The notes beneath the pieces were generated by a model. It made no database searches, was not told where the DNA came from, and saw only the letters and a list, made by a program, of their open reading frames with translations. Position numbers and translations under genes: made by a program. From Octopus bimaculoides (taxonomy: Eukaryota), in assembly GCF_001194135.2 (NCBI RefSeq), contig NC_068982.1, positions 85,915,764-85,979,763 of the forward strand: a stretch of 64,000 nt of DNA. Direction: 5' to 3'. Shown here piece after piece: positions 39,517 to 52,086 of this stretch (positions are counted from its first letter, which is position 1; each line of letters starts with the position of its first letter).

Positions 39517-40319
39517 GAAATGTGAAAACTACCGACCCTGCCATCTATTATAACTTTTGTTGTTCTGTTTAATATGTACATAGATTATGCCTCTAAAGAA
39601 GAGAGCTTGNNNNNNNNNNNNNNNNNNNNNNNNNNNNNNNNNNNNNNNNNNNNNNNNNNNNNNNNNNNNNNNNNNNNNNNNNNNNNNNNNNNNNNNNNNN
39701 NNNNNNNNNNNNNNNNNNNNNNNNNNNNNCTGCTATGTATAATCAGGGCAGTGCAAAAAGTTGTTTTGCACAAGCATTTGTATAGCCAATTAGTTGGATG
39801 AAATTTACGTACACTTAATAATGTTACGCAAAACAGCCTTCAGACTTTCCCTATTAATTTCATTGCCTTTTGAATTATGAACATATTTACATCATAAGGG
39901 TTTTTTCATTGTAAGGCTTTCTTTTTTAGTTGATTTTCAGCTAGCAAGACTTATCATAGATGGCGTAATAAGTCACACCTGGACAACGTCGGGTTATACT
40001 GCCAGTGCTTATATACAATCATGATTTTTGATGAACTAATAAATAATTATGAATTTATTTTACTACCTATTTTGAACACTTTTATGTAAACTGTTTAAAT
40101 ACAAAGCCCCTCTTAACATTTTCTTATCATTGTCAAAGACTCTATCACTGTATTTTAATACATCTATGCAAACCATTTTTTAACACCACAAAGGCTACAC
40201 AAAGGCTTACATTTTACTTTTGACAGTCTTTTTTTAAAACAGTGAAACCAGTTAAGTCAATAATCATCTTTAAAAGACCTCTGCATTTTCAAATCCTCTT
40301 CCCTATATATCTATATATA

Positions 40320-40700
40320 TTCTTTTATTTGTTTCTGTCATTTGGCTGCAGTCATGCTGAAGCACCACCTTTAATCGAACAAATCGACTCCAGGACTTAT
40401 TCTTTGTAAGTCTAGTACTTATTCTATCGGTCTTTTCTGCCAAACCACTAAGTTACAGGGGGCATAAACACACCAACATTAGTTGTCAGGTGATGTTGGG
40501 GGGGACAAACACAGACGCACACACACACATATACGATGGGCTTCTTTCAGTTTCTGTCTACCAAATCCACTCACAAGGCTTTGGTCAACCCAAGGCTATA
40601 GTAGAAGACACTTGCCCAAGATGCCATGCAATGGGACTGAACCTGGAACTATGTCATTGGTAAGCAAGCTACTTATCACACAGCCACTCCTGCACCTATT
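40320..40700 (-). mobile_element. tRNA-derived SINE, full length
   Basis: All family blocks present, with an internal (CA)n. Confidence 0.92.
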
Positions 40701-40734
40701 TATATATATATATATATATATATAAAATCATCGT

Positions 40735-40980
40735 CCCCACCCATCTTCTGTTGCATAGTGTTTGTGTCGGTGTTTCTCCACTCGACCCACCATTGCTTGA
40801 GAACTGATGTTGGTGTGTTTACATCCCTGTAACTTAGCGGTTTGGCAAAAGAGGTCAATAGAATAAGTAGCAGGCTTACAAAAAAGAAGTCCTGGGGTTG
40901 ATTTGTTTAACTAAAACCCCTTAAGGTGGTGCTCCAGTATGGCTGAAGTCAAATGGCTGAAACAAGCAAAATAGTAAAAG
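40735..40980 (+). mobile_element. SINE 3' half
   Basis: GATGTTGGTGTGTTTACATCCC..GAATAAGTAG..GGTGGTGCTCCAG..GGCTGAAAC. A similar half lies at 46490-46675. Confidence 0.8.
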
Positions 40981-41129
40981 AAAGAAAATATGTATTATAT
41001 GTTACCATTTCTGGTGGACAGAAAGCTGATCATAAAGTTTTAACTTATTACCTTTTCTGTGATTAGTCCATCAATGTCAACTTTGTTATCTGATGATTTC
41101 TAAGAAATATTTGTGGCAAGTCATGTAAT

Positions 41130-41800
41130 TTATATTTTTTCATTGGTTTCAGTCATTGAACTGCAGCCATGCTGAGGTAGAGCCTTTTAGGGTTTAGACT
41201 GATTTATATCACAGACATGAGTGGATAGTTACAAAGTTCACTTTGCATCCACATAGTTTTAGGTCCAGTCCGACTGTACAGCATCTTGGGCAAGTGTCTT
41301 TTAACTATATATAGCCTTGGGTCAACCAAAGCCTTATGAGCTTATTTGAAACTGAAAGAAACCTGTCATGTGTGTGTGGGGGGGGGTATGATGTGTGTTT
41401 GTGGGTGTGTNNNNNNNNNNCTTATTTGAAACTGAAAGAAACCTGTCATGTGTGTGTGTGTGGGGGGGGTATGATGTGTGTTTGTGGGTGTGTGTGGTGT
41501 GTGTGGTGTGGTGTGTGTGCGAGGTAAGCATCCATAAATGTGAGCTTGTGTGTTAATGTCTCTTTGTCTTGATGTTACATGCTAATTGTAAATCAAACAT
41601 CACCATCATGCAAGTAGTGTTGTTCATTTGCAATCTTCTGTGAAAAACACATTTGGCTAGTATAATGTTTATTTGAAGGACTAAGGAAAAATGTTAGTTT
41701 GCTGGAAAACAGGTGAGAGTGGGCAACAGGAAAAGCATCTAGCCATTGAAAATCCGCCTTGATGAATTTTGTCTGAAGCATGGAAGAGAATGTTAAAAGA
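41130..41800 (+). mobile_element. Composite SINE with RTE-like tail
   Basis: SINE head and body at about 41250-41370, (GT)n, then GGAAAACAGGTGAGAGTGGGCAACAGGAAAAGCATC similar to RTE 3' UTRs. Confidence 0.6.
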
Positions 41801-42789
41801 ATGATGAAGAATTCTATCAATCTTAGAAATTATTTTAATAACCTCAGAAGAATGAAAGTCAAAGTAAACTTAAGTAAAAAAAAAAGGGGGGCATAATCAA
41901 ATACCACCAAATATTTTTGCTCAATACTTTAAGTGATACTGTATTCCTTACCATACACGCATTCATCATTCTTGCATGGGTTGGGTGGACCATCATAGTC
42001 AGAGTCCATTCTTATTTGGAAGCTACTGCCCTATGTTTCCCTGATACATTTCATTCTTGGGTTTGTTTTTACAGTTAAATCACATACTAGAGTGTATTGG
42101 AAGCATTTAAACATGGTACCAGCACTAGAGAGAGGTTGCTATGTCCTCTACAAAACTTAAGGGTCCTCTCAACTTTATATTGCTTCTGCTCATTTACCAA
42201 CCACTTAACAGTGTGTACTAGGTGCATTTTATCATGGCACAAACACTAGTCAGGAACTTTGTATGCTTTATGACAAAAAAGACCTCATTATTCTATGATG
42301 TGTCTGCTCATTGAAGACAATATGACAAGACACTGATTAACACAGAGTGGGCAAAGGGATCAAAAGTATAAGAGTAGAAACAGAGTGATTAGGTTGAATG
42401 ATGGATTGCAACAAAATAAACAATAGTAAGAGATAGTGGACATAAATAAGAGGTGGCTTGTTGGGGAGAGAGTAATGATGAGCAATACAGAAAATGTGAT
42501 GGTATAGTGTATCAAATACAAGGAGATAAAGTATTCAATGCTGTCTCTTATATGTAGGCTTCATGATGGGAAAGAGAGTTAGATTGATAAGGATGGTGGT
42601 TGGAAGGATTGAATACAGGTAGGTTCAATCAATATCATTTTTTGTTACATGAGCAGCATGGTACAGTGGATAGGAAAGAGGATGAGTGTCAGAAAAATGA
42701 AAGGGTCATCTCTGTATGCATAGACAACGATTTACAGTAAATAGGAGAAATCCACAGCCATCCTTAATTACATTGGCAACATAGTACAG

Positions 42790-43330
42790 TGAATATAAGA
42801 GAGTATGAATGATAGAAAGAAATGATCATATCAAAGAGGCATGGGAAGAAGATGTAGACTTAACATTCATTTCACCATATTTGCATGAATGAATAGGTCT
42901 TCTGCAGCACTGTGTATCATTGTTGTCCTTTGTCATTTCCTCTATGTGGCTTAGCACCCTAAGATCAGTCTTTATCACTTCATTCCGTCTTCCTAGATCT
43001 CCCTCTTCCACAGGTTTCTTTCACTTTGAATACAGCTGTTGTTCTTCATACACATCACATGCCTGTAATAGTACAGTCTTCTCTCTTGTACTCTACGTCT
43101 GATTAGTACCCAGTTTTTCTCTCAGCTCATTTGTGCACCATTGTTCATACACATTAACATTATACATTCAATAGAGCATGCTTCCTTCACTTTTTACTAG
43201 TCTTCACAATTGTTCCACACTCAGAACCATATCTCACTTGCACAAGCTTCATACAATTTGTCCATCACACTGAGAGAGAAGCCCTTTGTTACCAGTAGAC
43301 TCAATAGCTTTCTGAACTTTGTCAAACCTG
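42790..43330 (-). mobile_element. Old RTE LINE ORF2 C-terminal fragment
   Basis: GDLGRRNEVIKTDLRVL..MTKD and GAGAAGCCCTTTGTTACCAG match the other RTE copies. Confidence 0.65.
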
Positions 43331-43927
43331 TTTTACTCTCGCTGCTATGTTTTCAAAACATACATTGTTTTAAACAATAACAACTATATCTAGGTATGGA
43401 AATGTCTGACTCCTTTGTTTCATCTGCCAGTAAGAGCTTTGAAAACTTCCTGGACACAATTGAATAATCACTGTAGAACAGAATAGGACTTTCTTGAACT
43501 TCAGACTTATCATGTGTTATTTTGTTTATTAGACCATATGAAAATTTTTTGTTTCTAAATCTAGAATGTTTTCATTTAATTTCCTTTGACTTAAATAACA
43601 AACCTCTCCTTTTTCACTTATCCATTATTTTTGCTTTCTTTTTTACAAACAGATTTATTGCTTTCTATCAACTAACTCAGCCATTACATTAATCTTCATA
43701 TCCCCTTCACTACACCTGAATAATGTTTCTAAGTTTTTGTTAGGTAAACAGTATTTTCTATTCATATTGGTTAACCACATACCATTTTAGATTGCTTTTC
43801 TATTTACATTCATGAGTATTAGTTTTGTGTCATGTTTTTGTTAAAACTTTTGTCTTAATCTTATTTTGTGTAGCATTCTAATAGTTATATTTTTATGCAC
43901 ATATATTAATGTGTGAATTTTTATATA

Positions 43928-44415
43928 CCGTAAATCCTCGAGTATAGTCCGCCCTTGAGTATAATACACAGGGGATTTTTAGGGGGCTGTACCTCTGAAA
44001 AACCTAAACTTTGTGTATAATACACACCCCTTCTCTAACTTGAGTCAAGGACATCTATATAACGTCCTTGGTTTGTAAACATATATATATACGGTAACAT
44101 CCTTTATTATTATTCTATATATAACATAATGCAAATGTGTAGCTATTTTGTGCACTTTGTTTGTAGAAAATAAAGAAATAACAGTAATAACGTCAGTGAA
44201 AAATAAATATTAAGTAAATTGGATTTACATATTTATCACTATCAGTTACAAAAGCAAAAGCAAAAACATTTATTCAAATACTTCAAATTCAATGCCACTT
44301 TCAGCATCAAATAACTGTTCCATTTGTTCCTCTGTAAACATGTCAGCATTATTGCAGTGTAAATCTCCGTCTTCGTCAGATTCATAGTCAACATCAGAAG
44401 ATTCACTTTCATTTA
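43928..44415 (-). mobile_element. pogo/Tigger-like DNA transposon 3' end
   Basis: TA|CCGTAAATCCTCGAGTATAGTCC terminus and an acidic C-terminal tail (ESSDVDYESDEDGD..FDAESGIEFE*) on the minus strand. Confidence 0.5.
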
Positions 44416-44847
44416 CTGGCAATGGCCACGCTCAAATGGTGTTTTTTTACATGCCACCTACATAGGAGCCAGTCCAGTGGCACTGGCAATGACCTCGCTC
44501 AAATGATTTTTCACGTGCCACCAGCATAAGTGCCAGTAAGGCAACGCTGGTAACGATCACACTCAAATGGTGCTATTTATGTGCCACCGGCATGGAAGCC
44601 AGACAGCTGCTCTGACAATGATCACGCTCGGACGGTGCTGTTAGTGGTCCACTGACATGGGTGCCAGTCATCGAATTTGATTCAATTACAATTTCGATTT
44701 CTCTTGCCCCAACAGGTCTTTGCAAGCAGAGTTTAGTGTCCAATGAAGGAAAGGTTGACATGGGAGTCGTCGAATTTGGTTCGATTTCGGTTTCACTTGC
44801 CTCAACAAGTCTTCGCAAGCAGAATTTAGTGTCGAATGAAGTAAAGG
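44415..44847 (-). mobile_element. RTE LINE 3' UTR fragment
   Basis: Closely matches 55910-56390, including the internal direct repeat. Confidence 0.85.
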
Positions 44848-45269
44848 NNNNNNNNNNNNNNNNNNNNNNNNNNNNNNNNNNNNNNNNNNNNNNNNNNNNN
44901 NNNNNNNNNNNNNNNNNNNNNNNNNNNNNNNNNNNNNNNNNNNNNNNNNNNNNNNNNNNNNNNNNNNNNNNNNNNNNNNNNNNNNNNNNNNNNNNNNNNN
45001 NNNNNNNNNNNNNNNNNNNNNNNNNNNNNNNNNNNNNNNNNNNNNNNNNNNNNNNNNNNNNNNNNNNNNNNNNNNNNNNNNNNNNNNNNNNNNNNNNNNN
45101 NNNNNNNNNNNNNNNNNNNNNNNNNNNNNNNNNNNNNNNNNNNNNNNNNNNNNNNNNNNNNNNNNNNNNNNNNNNNNNNNNNNNNNNNNNNNNNNNNNNT
45201 AATATTAATATTATACACACTCCTATAAATATGTGTGTATTACACTATGTACATACGATGTGTGTGTAA

Positions 45270-45380
45270 GGTGTAGGCATGGTTGTATGATTAAGAAGCT
45301 CACCTTGCAACCATGTGGTTTTGGGTTCAGTTCCAATGCAGAGCACCTTGGGCAAATGATATTAAGCCTGGGGACAACAT
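45270..45380 (+). mobile_element. SINE head fragment
   Basis: GGTGTAGGCATGGTTGTATGATTAAG..GGGTTCAGTTCC. A different tRNA-like head lies at 45910-46060. Confidence 0.65.
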
Positions 45381-46363
45381 ATGGTCTTTGAAAACCCTTA
45401 GCAAAGTTCACTCTTATAAGCATTGGAGCAAGGTCTCCAATTTGAGGATAATTTCCTCCCATTCCTAACTAAGCAGAAAAATGCTTGTACAATTTGTTTG
45501 CTCTATTTTACTTGCAAAACTTCTGTCTGTAGTAGAAGCTATTTGACAAAATGCCATACAGTAGGCTCAAACCTGGAATTGCAAGTCTGTGTCCCTAGAT
45601 GCTGTATGTTGGTTTGTCATGCTTTACTTATTTTTATTACTAAATGACAGTAAATGAGCAACAAAAAAAAAAGTGATCTGCAAAAAGGATATTTATTGAA
45701 ACATGGTGATTTAAGGGGACCCTAAAAATATTACATTTAAAATTTGTAATCTTCTTAACTTGAAGCTGATTAAATATTTCATATATTTTGTTTTGTTTAA
45801 ATCAGTAATATGAAGAAAAAAAATTCAGCAAATGACTGTTCATGAAAACTTCAAGAGATATGTTATTAATTAAATTTCTTTTAGTGATCCTAAATGTTAT
45901 TGAAGGCACATGATCTAATGGTTAAGGTGTTGCACTTATGATCATAAGGGTATGGATTCAATTCATGGACACGGGGAGCATGTTGTGTCCTTGAACAAGG
46001 CATATCATTTCAAATTGTTTCAGTCTACCTTGCTGCAAATGAACATCCGCTGATTGCTAGTGCAGCCCTCTCTCCTTCAATATGTTACATTTCACAGCTT
46101 TGATGTTCCACTGAGTCAAGGGTAGGAGGGGGCCAAGAAGGTGTCTACATTTGCTTGTGACTACAGAGGTACTGAAGATAGCTAGTGAAAGCATGGTACA
46201 GGTTACCAGGTCATACTCACTTGCTAGCATGTAGGACATATTGTAGCTAGCTTACTAGTAGAAAATTTGTTTTACAAGCAGACCCTCTGAAAAATTCATG
46301 GTAAAGTGTCCAAATTTGAATAATGTTTACCTTCAAAGAAATAGATTCACCGCTGAATTTTAC

Positions 46364-46470
<107 letters not shown>

Positions 46471-48554
46471 TTGTGCGTCTATGTTTGTACCCCCACCATC
46501 GCTTGACAACCAATGGTTTTGTGTCTTTGTCCCAGTGAATTAGCAGTTGGCAGAAGAGACTGATGGAATAAGTACTAAGCTTACAAAGAATAAGTCCTGG
46601 GGTCAATTTGCTCGACTAAAGGCGGTGCTCTAGCATGGACACAGTCAAATGACTGAAATAATTAAAAGAATAGAGTAAAATTACTATTTCTCCAGACTTC
46701 ACAGGGAATAACATTTTAAAATTAATAAGAATGCTTTTAGGACCCTCTTGTTTGATCTGGGATATTATCTATGCAGATGATTTTTATGTCAATTGAAGCT
46801 TGCTACTGAAACAAACCATGCATTTTTAACATTTAGTATTTTTGTTTCATTCAGTAGATTGTCCATGGGTGCAGTTGGTGTTCAACCTATGAGGATGTAT
46901 AATGCACTATTTACTATACTCTGTAGTTTATTAGCATTTGTGGAAAAATTAGTAGCTTGCCATAACCTACAATAAATCAAATGTAATAGAAATGTAACAT
47001 GTATAAGTGCTTTAAGTATGCTTGTGCATTCTTTTGCTTTCATTACAAAGATTTTTGTGACTTGTTAGCATGCTGTGAAGATGTTGTGTGTAGCTCCTAA
47101 TATTTATGTCTTTTCAGTGTGTTTATGTGGTATGTTTATATTGTTGATTGTATTTGAAGTTCTCTTGTGTTGCTGGTAAGAAAGAAGAAAGTGGATTTGG
47201 TGGGTGATACTTCAAGTCTTTTATTTTGGAGTCAGGTTTCTGGAAGGTTGATGTAGGTTTGAAATTGTTGTGCAATGGTGAGAGAATATGAGCAAAATGT
47301 CATTTGTGTATAATGGTGTGTGTATATTTTGAAGAAAGGAAGGATGTATAGGTATAAGTAGAAAATATTGGAAGTGTTTTCATACGCTGTTATAAACTTT
47401 GATGACCTGACAAGTAATTTGTCAGCCAAACTTTTAAGGTTGGTGTTAAGCTTGAATTTCTATAGAGATTAAGGCATCTACATCACTGAGGAGAAAGTAT
47501 TGAGCAAAGTGTTTAGTATAAGTTATGAAGTGTAAACATACTTAATGTGGCAAACATAATAACTTTAATTACTCAAGACTCTGTTCATATCAAAGAAAGG
47601 TAAACATTATTGTACAATGCTTAACTAAACCAAACGAAAGCAAAGGTGACAGCTTAAAATCAAAGAGAAATATAATTTTTAAAAAGTTAGTTAATACTTC
47701 AGTATCTCAATGAATTCATTTGGGAGATGATGAAAGGAAGAGAGACATATACAACAGTAGCTTTGGACATTGGTGGTGTGCTACTTGTTAGTTGAAGAAG
47801 AGATAATTGTTTTTAATATAGGCCTGAAATTTGGAGAAGGGGAACAGTCATTACCATTGACCCCAATACATGGTTGGTGGTTTATTTTATTGATTTTAAA
47901 AGGTTGGAAGCCATAGTTGACCTCAGCAAGATTTGAACTCAACATGGAAAGAGATGGAATGAAAACCACAAGTAATTTTGTATGATGTATAATGATTCAC
48001 TCACTTCACCATCCTTGACATGAAAGAGACAAAAAGAAACAACACAAATGATTGAAGTGTTTTTATAAGTGGATTTTTGCAATCAATTAGCTGACCTTTT
48101 GTGGACACTATGGCTCAGAATACTTGTGCATGTAGCATAAGCACCTTCCCATACAAGTGAGCAATTTTCAAATGTGACTTACATTTGAGTTTTGTGTATA
48201 ATAATTAAGCCCCTAAATGATTTAATATCTATAGAAAATGAAGGTGAAAAGAAGAGAAAAAATATCATTAAAGTGGAAATAACAGAAAGGTAATCTAAAT
48301 TCTTGTCAGAAAAAAATGCCACTTCAGTTAGTATAGTGACAAAATGAAGCGATTTTATTCATATTTAATAAAATTTATTCTTTAAGACCTTAAAATAGGA
48401 ATAAAGTAAACTAATTCTCAAAATAGTAGGAGTTATTTGTTGATTGTGATTTTCAATTATTTTTAGAGCATAATTGTTTTTAGTTAACTGTAGAAAGTTT
48501 TAAAGCAAGATGTGAATCAAATGCAATATAAGAAAGGACTATAGAAAAACATAC

Positions 48555-48638
48555 CATAGATGTTGGGTTGCCAGGTACAGACCCACCTGGGGTAGGATTC
48601 TTAGAAACCGCTGCAACGCTGGCCCGTCGCTTTGTTGT
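48555..48638 (-). CDS. Internal coding exon, 84 nt (TTKRRASVAAVSKNPTPGGSVPGNPTSM; alternative frame QQSDGPALQRFLRILPQVGLYLATQHL)
   Basis: Acceptor ttatacatttcag|A, donor ATG|gtatgt. GC- and CpG-rich island in an AT-rich background, length divisible by 3. Confidence 0.7.
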
Positions 48639-48989
48639 CTGAAATGTATAAAAAAAGTATGAAATAAGAGTCATGAAAAGTTTGAAGGACTATAGCAAGA
48701 AAGAGGAAAAGAAATTGAAATTTTATTCACTCAGTGAATATTTTACATGTAAATATATTTATTGGTCTGTGTATCTCATCTGATAAAGCAATATGAAGTT
48801 TACAGGTTTAATTATCCTTACATTTTAAGACAGACAATTGTTTCCCTTTTTATGTCCCTAAATTTATTAAATACAGAATGCTACTCAATTTAAGAGATAC
48901 ACAGTTAACAGTCAATTCCATTATTAATCTGTTCTTTCAATTTTATTTGGTTTATTTTTAAACCTTGGATTCCTCTTTAATGGTAATTG

Positions 48990-49470
48990 ATTTCTTTCAA
49001 TCTGTGTTTGAAATAGTTCATGGAGGCAATGGCTAGTGACCAAAACCTTTCCTGTGTTTGATAAGACTCATCAAGCCAAGTGAAATTGTAGTCATGGCTG
49101 ATGCTGGTGTCATGTAATTTGCACCCATGCCGGTGGCATGTAAAAAGTACCTTTCCAGTGTTGGGCCTCACAGAGACAAAGTGTCCGATGCCAGTAGCAC
49201 ATGAAAAGATCCTTTTGAGTGTCGGGCCTCATGGAGGCAATGACCGAGACCTTTGGCATTATGCTGTGCTTAAGAAGAAGACCCATCAAACCAAGTAAAG
49301 TCACAGTCATGGCAGATACCAGTGTCATGCAAATGGCACCTGTGCTAGTGGCATGTAAGAGCACCCATTACATTCTTAGAATGGTTGGTGTTAGGAAGGG
49401 CATCAAGCTGTAGAAACCATGCCAAATCAGATTGGGGTTTGGTGCAGCCTTCCAGCTTGCCAGCCCTGGT
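48990..49470 (+). mobile_element. RTE LINE 3' end fragments
   Basis: DRDLWHYAV-type ORF end, then a 3' UTR and CACCACCATCAT tail. Confidence 0.8.
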
Positions 49471-49729
49471 CAATCTGTCACCACCATCATGATTTTATGT
49501 TTTGTTTCTATTCTGATATGGATAGTATAAATTATCACTGTATGAGTCAGCTCTTATTCAGAGTTACTGCTCTCTTAGATAGGTTGGAGCACCAGGTTGG
49601 TTCACTCAGACTGTGATAGGTTAAACACCAACAACATATTTTGCCAACACTGAAGTTTAATGAATTTGACAACCTAACAAAAACCTAGCTGAAATAGCAT
49701 CACACAGATCCATCACAATCCTCTGCACG

Positions 49730-49769
<40 letters not shown>

Positions 49770-49854
49770 AATAAATTATTGAAATGCTCATCCTTGACAT
49801 CAGCAACTATTTATTGTTCTTCCTAACTTACGGATCATTACATTCAATTACCAC

Positions 49855-49894
<40 letters not shown>

Positions 49895-50796
49895 CAACAC
49901 TAAATAAATACAAAACAAATCCCTAAGAAACATCACAAAATGCTGGTAAAAGCACAAATGTACCATGCAGTGACAAAACACACAACCTCATGCATAGATG
50001 ACATCACAGTCATAGTCTCTGTACAACTAATCCAAACCTATATTAACAATTGAAAAACTTGATTCCTGATTTCTAGCAAATATATAAAAATAACACCTAC
50101 AAAATTCACTCTCTCTCTCTTGCCAAAGAACATAAAACACAACCAAATATTCATCCTAACATTAACACACACACAGAAGACAAAAATATTGGGAAATCAC
50201 AATGATTTTTGATGATGTTATTGGTTAATGGGAAGTAAAATATTTTCAAAATATTTTATGGACCTTTCTTATGAGTCTTTTGTGAAGCTAATAATTTTGT
50301 AAGCTATTTCAAAATGGACATTTTTGAGTGACATTAGTATATTTTATGAGATAAAGGAAATGATTTAAATATGTTAAACTAGATAAACTGAAAATACCAA
50401 AAAAAAAAAAAAAAAGGTGACACTTTTAAAAGTAGATTTATCAAACTAATAATAATATTCATGATTGTGTTGTAGTTGAAAGGGGTAGGGGTTAAAAAAA
50501 TCTGGAAGGAGGAAACAGAAAAGGATGTGTTGCATAAAAACTAGTCTATAAATGTACAGTAACATTTGATGGTAATGCATGGTAATGCATTTGATGGTAA
50601 TGCATGCTGTTACATAGATTCCTGTGCTACAGACTTCTAAAAAAGTTTGCATAATCATCTCCCTTCATTCAAATATAGAAAAAAATAAATTGTACTTCTT
50701 TAAGTAAATACATATGAAGTTTAAAAGATAAAAATACTGAATTTTACATTAAATATCAATTATAGATTGTGCTTTACCTAATACTAGTGGTAATCT

Positions 50797-52000
50797 TAAC
50801 CCTGTAATGCTGGGTTCTCACTAAAGCGGTAATGAACAGAATACAGAGAAAAAGAAGATAAAATACTAAAATCAGATGACTGATCACATTGCAGCTTTGT
50901 AGTCAAGTGTGTTTATGACACATTGTTAATGGTTTCCTCCCATAGCTGTTGTTTAATTGAAAAAAAAAAAATTGCAATGAAACAAGTGTATGATGAACCC
51001 AGTACATCATCTTGTAAATGAGCAAGGCTTAGACTCTTTGCAATTAAGGAAATTATGATGATATTTATTCTTCGGAAAGAAGGTTTACACTTATGCTAAC
51101 AATGAGAGTGATTCAGACAGTCAGACTGATGAAAGTGATGAGGAAAGTGGTGATTTGGTAGAACAAATGAGGTAGTAGGCTTAAGATGTAAGTGAGGTCA
51201 AACACCATAACTTTTTCCTATAGGCTGCAGCTATATTAATATATAGATTATTAAAACCCATCTGCTGAAACGGAAGCAATTACATTGTAGAAAATTCATA
51301 TTAGCTATCTAAAAAACATTCCTACTGAATACTAGTTTTGAACTAGTTTGACTCACCCCATTGAAATATTCACATCATAAACACCATGATGGCACAAGCA
51401 GTTTGTACCAAACCTTAAAGTCACTTCAAAGTTTGACAATAAACTTTGCAAACAGCTGAAAGTTGGTATGATCAGAGCTGGAATTGATGGAGACATCACC
51501 AGCCTTTTTTATGGTTTGGTAAAAGAAGCTATTTACACAAAAATTAACAAGCTATGACATCCACTTAACACTACGTTCATGATAATACTGATAATATAAC
51601 ATCAATCTTCTTGGTAAAACAATTCCTCTCAACTATTGACTATGTGGTTGAAGAACATATAGTGTGTGTTATATAGCAAATGGTAAATACTGTTCATGAT
51701 AGTATGAGTTACTATTGATTACCCTCTCTAAGCACCCTAATTGGAGCACACTAAGTTATGGCTAGGAAACATAACTATCAATGGTATAATCAAACTCTGC
51801 ATATTCAACTGTACGAAAACATTGGCAAGCCCAAGAGTCACCAGGAAAGACTTGTTTACTTAGTCAGAAACTGCAAACACAAACAGCTTAACAACAGACG
51901 TTGTGAGAATTAGTCTAAGAAAGATGATGCAGCTGAAACATTGTGTAACAAGTTTTAGGACAGATTAAAATAGGTAACCAAGTTTAGTACAAGTATCAAA
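50797..52000 (+). mobile_element. Possible piggyBac relic
   Basis: TTAA|CCC start at 50797, acidic N-terminal stretch (ESDSDSQTDESDEES) and a degenerate Cys-rich C-terminus (RRCE..KK..LCNK). No right TIR was found. Confidence 0.4.
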
Positions 52001-52086
52001 GTGTAATGTGACATGTAATGGTAAGCTAGCATTTAAGAAAAGTCCCAGGAGAAATTAACCTCAAAACAAAGTAATTAAAAAAAAAC

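Larger units (their letters stand above)
36628..40005 (+). mobile_element. Non-autonomous Helitron
   Basis: Comparison with the uninterrupted 5' pLTR (..AATATA|TGCTTATATAC) shows an insertion between A and T with no TSD. It starts TC and ends CCAG (a CTRR variant), with a subterminal GC hairpin ACCTGGAC-AAC-GTCGGGT at about 39977-39994. Confidence 0.85.
31061..40309 (+). mobile_element. Penelope-like element (Neptune-type): inverted 5' piece, 5' pLTR, decayed RT/GIY-YIG ORF, CA-rich tract, and 3' pLTR split by a Helitron
   Basis: RT: IKEAEKGSTVIIM, LYGLPKIHK, LRPIVAG, VSFDVINLYTTIPH, GTAMGTKVASTYANL, LDDCF, LPFLDI. Zn-knuckle CGRSNCRTC and GIY-YIG LLYAIRCEGC..YIEQT. Direct repeats 31229-31789 vs 36407-36627 plus 40006-40309. 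31061-31222 is an inverted copy of the pLTR 3' part. Confidence 0.9.

Noticed and set aside
48612-48629. RRASVA as evidence for pyruvate kinase
   Set aside because: It is a generic PKA-type motif, the flanks show no pyruvate kinase similarity, and the reading frame is not certain.
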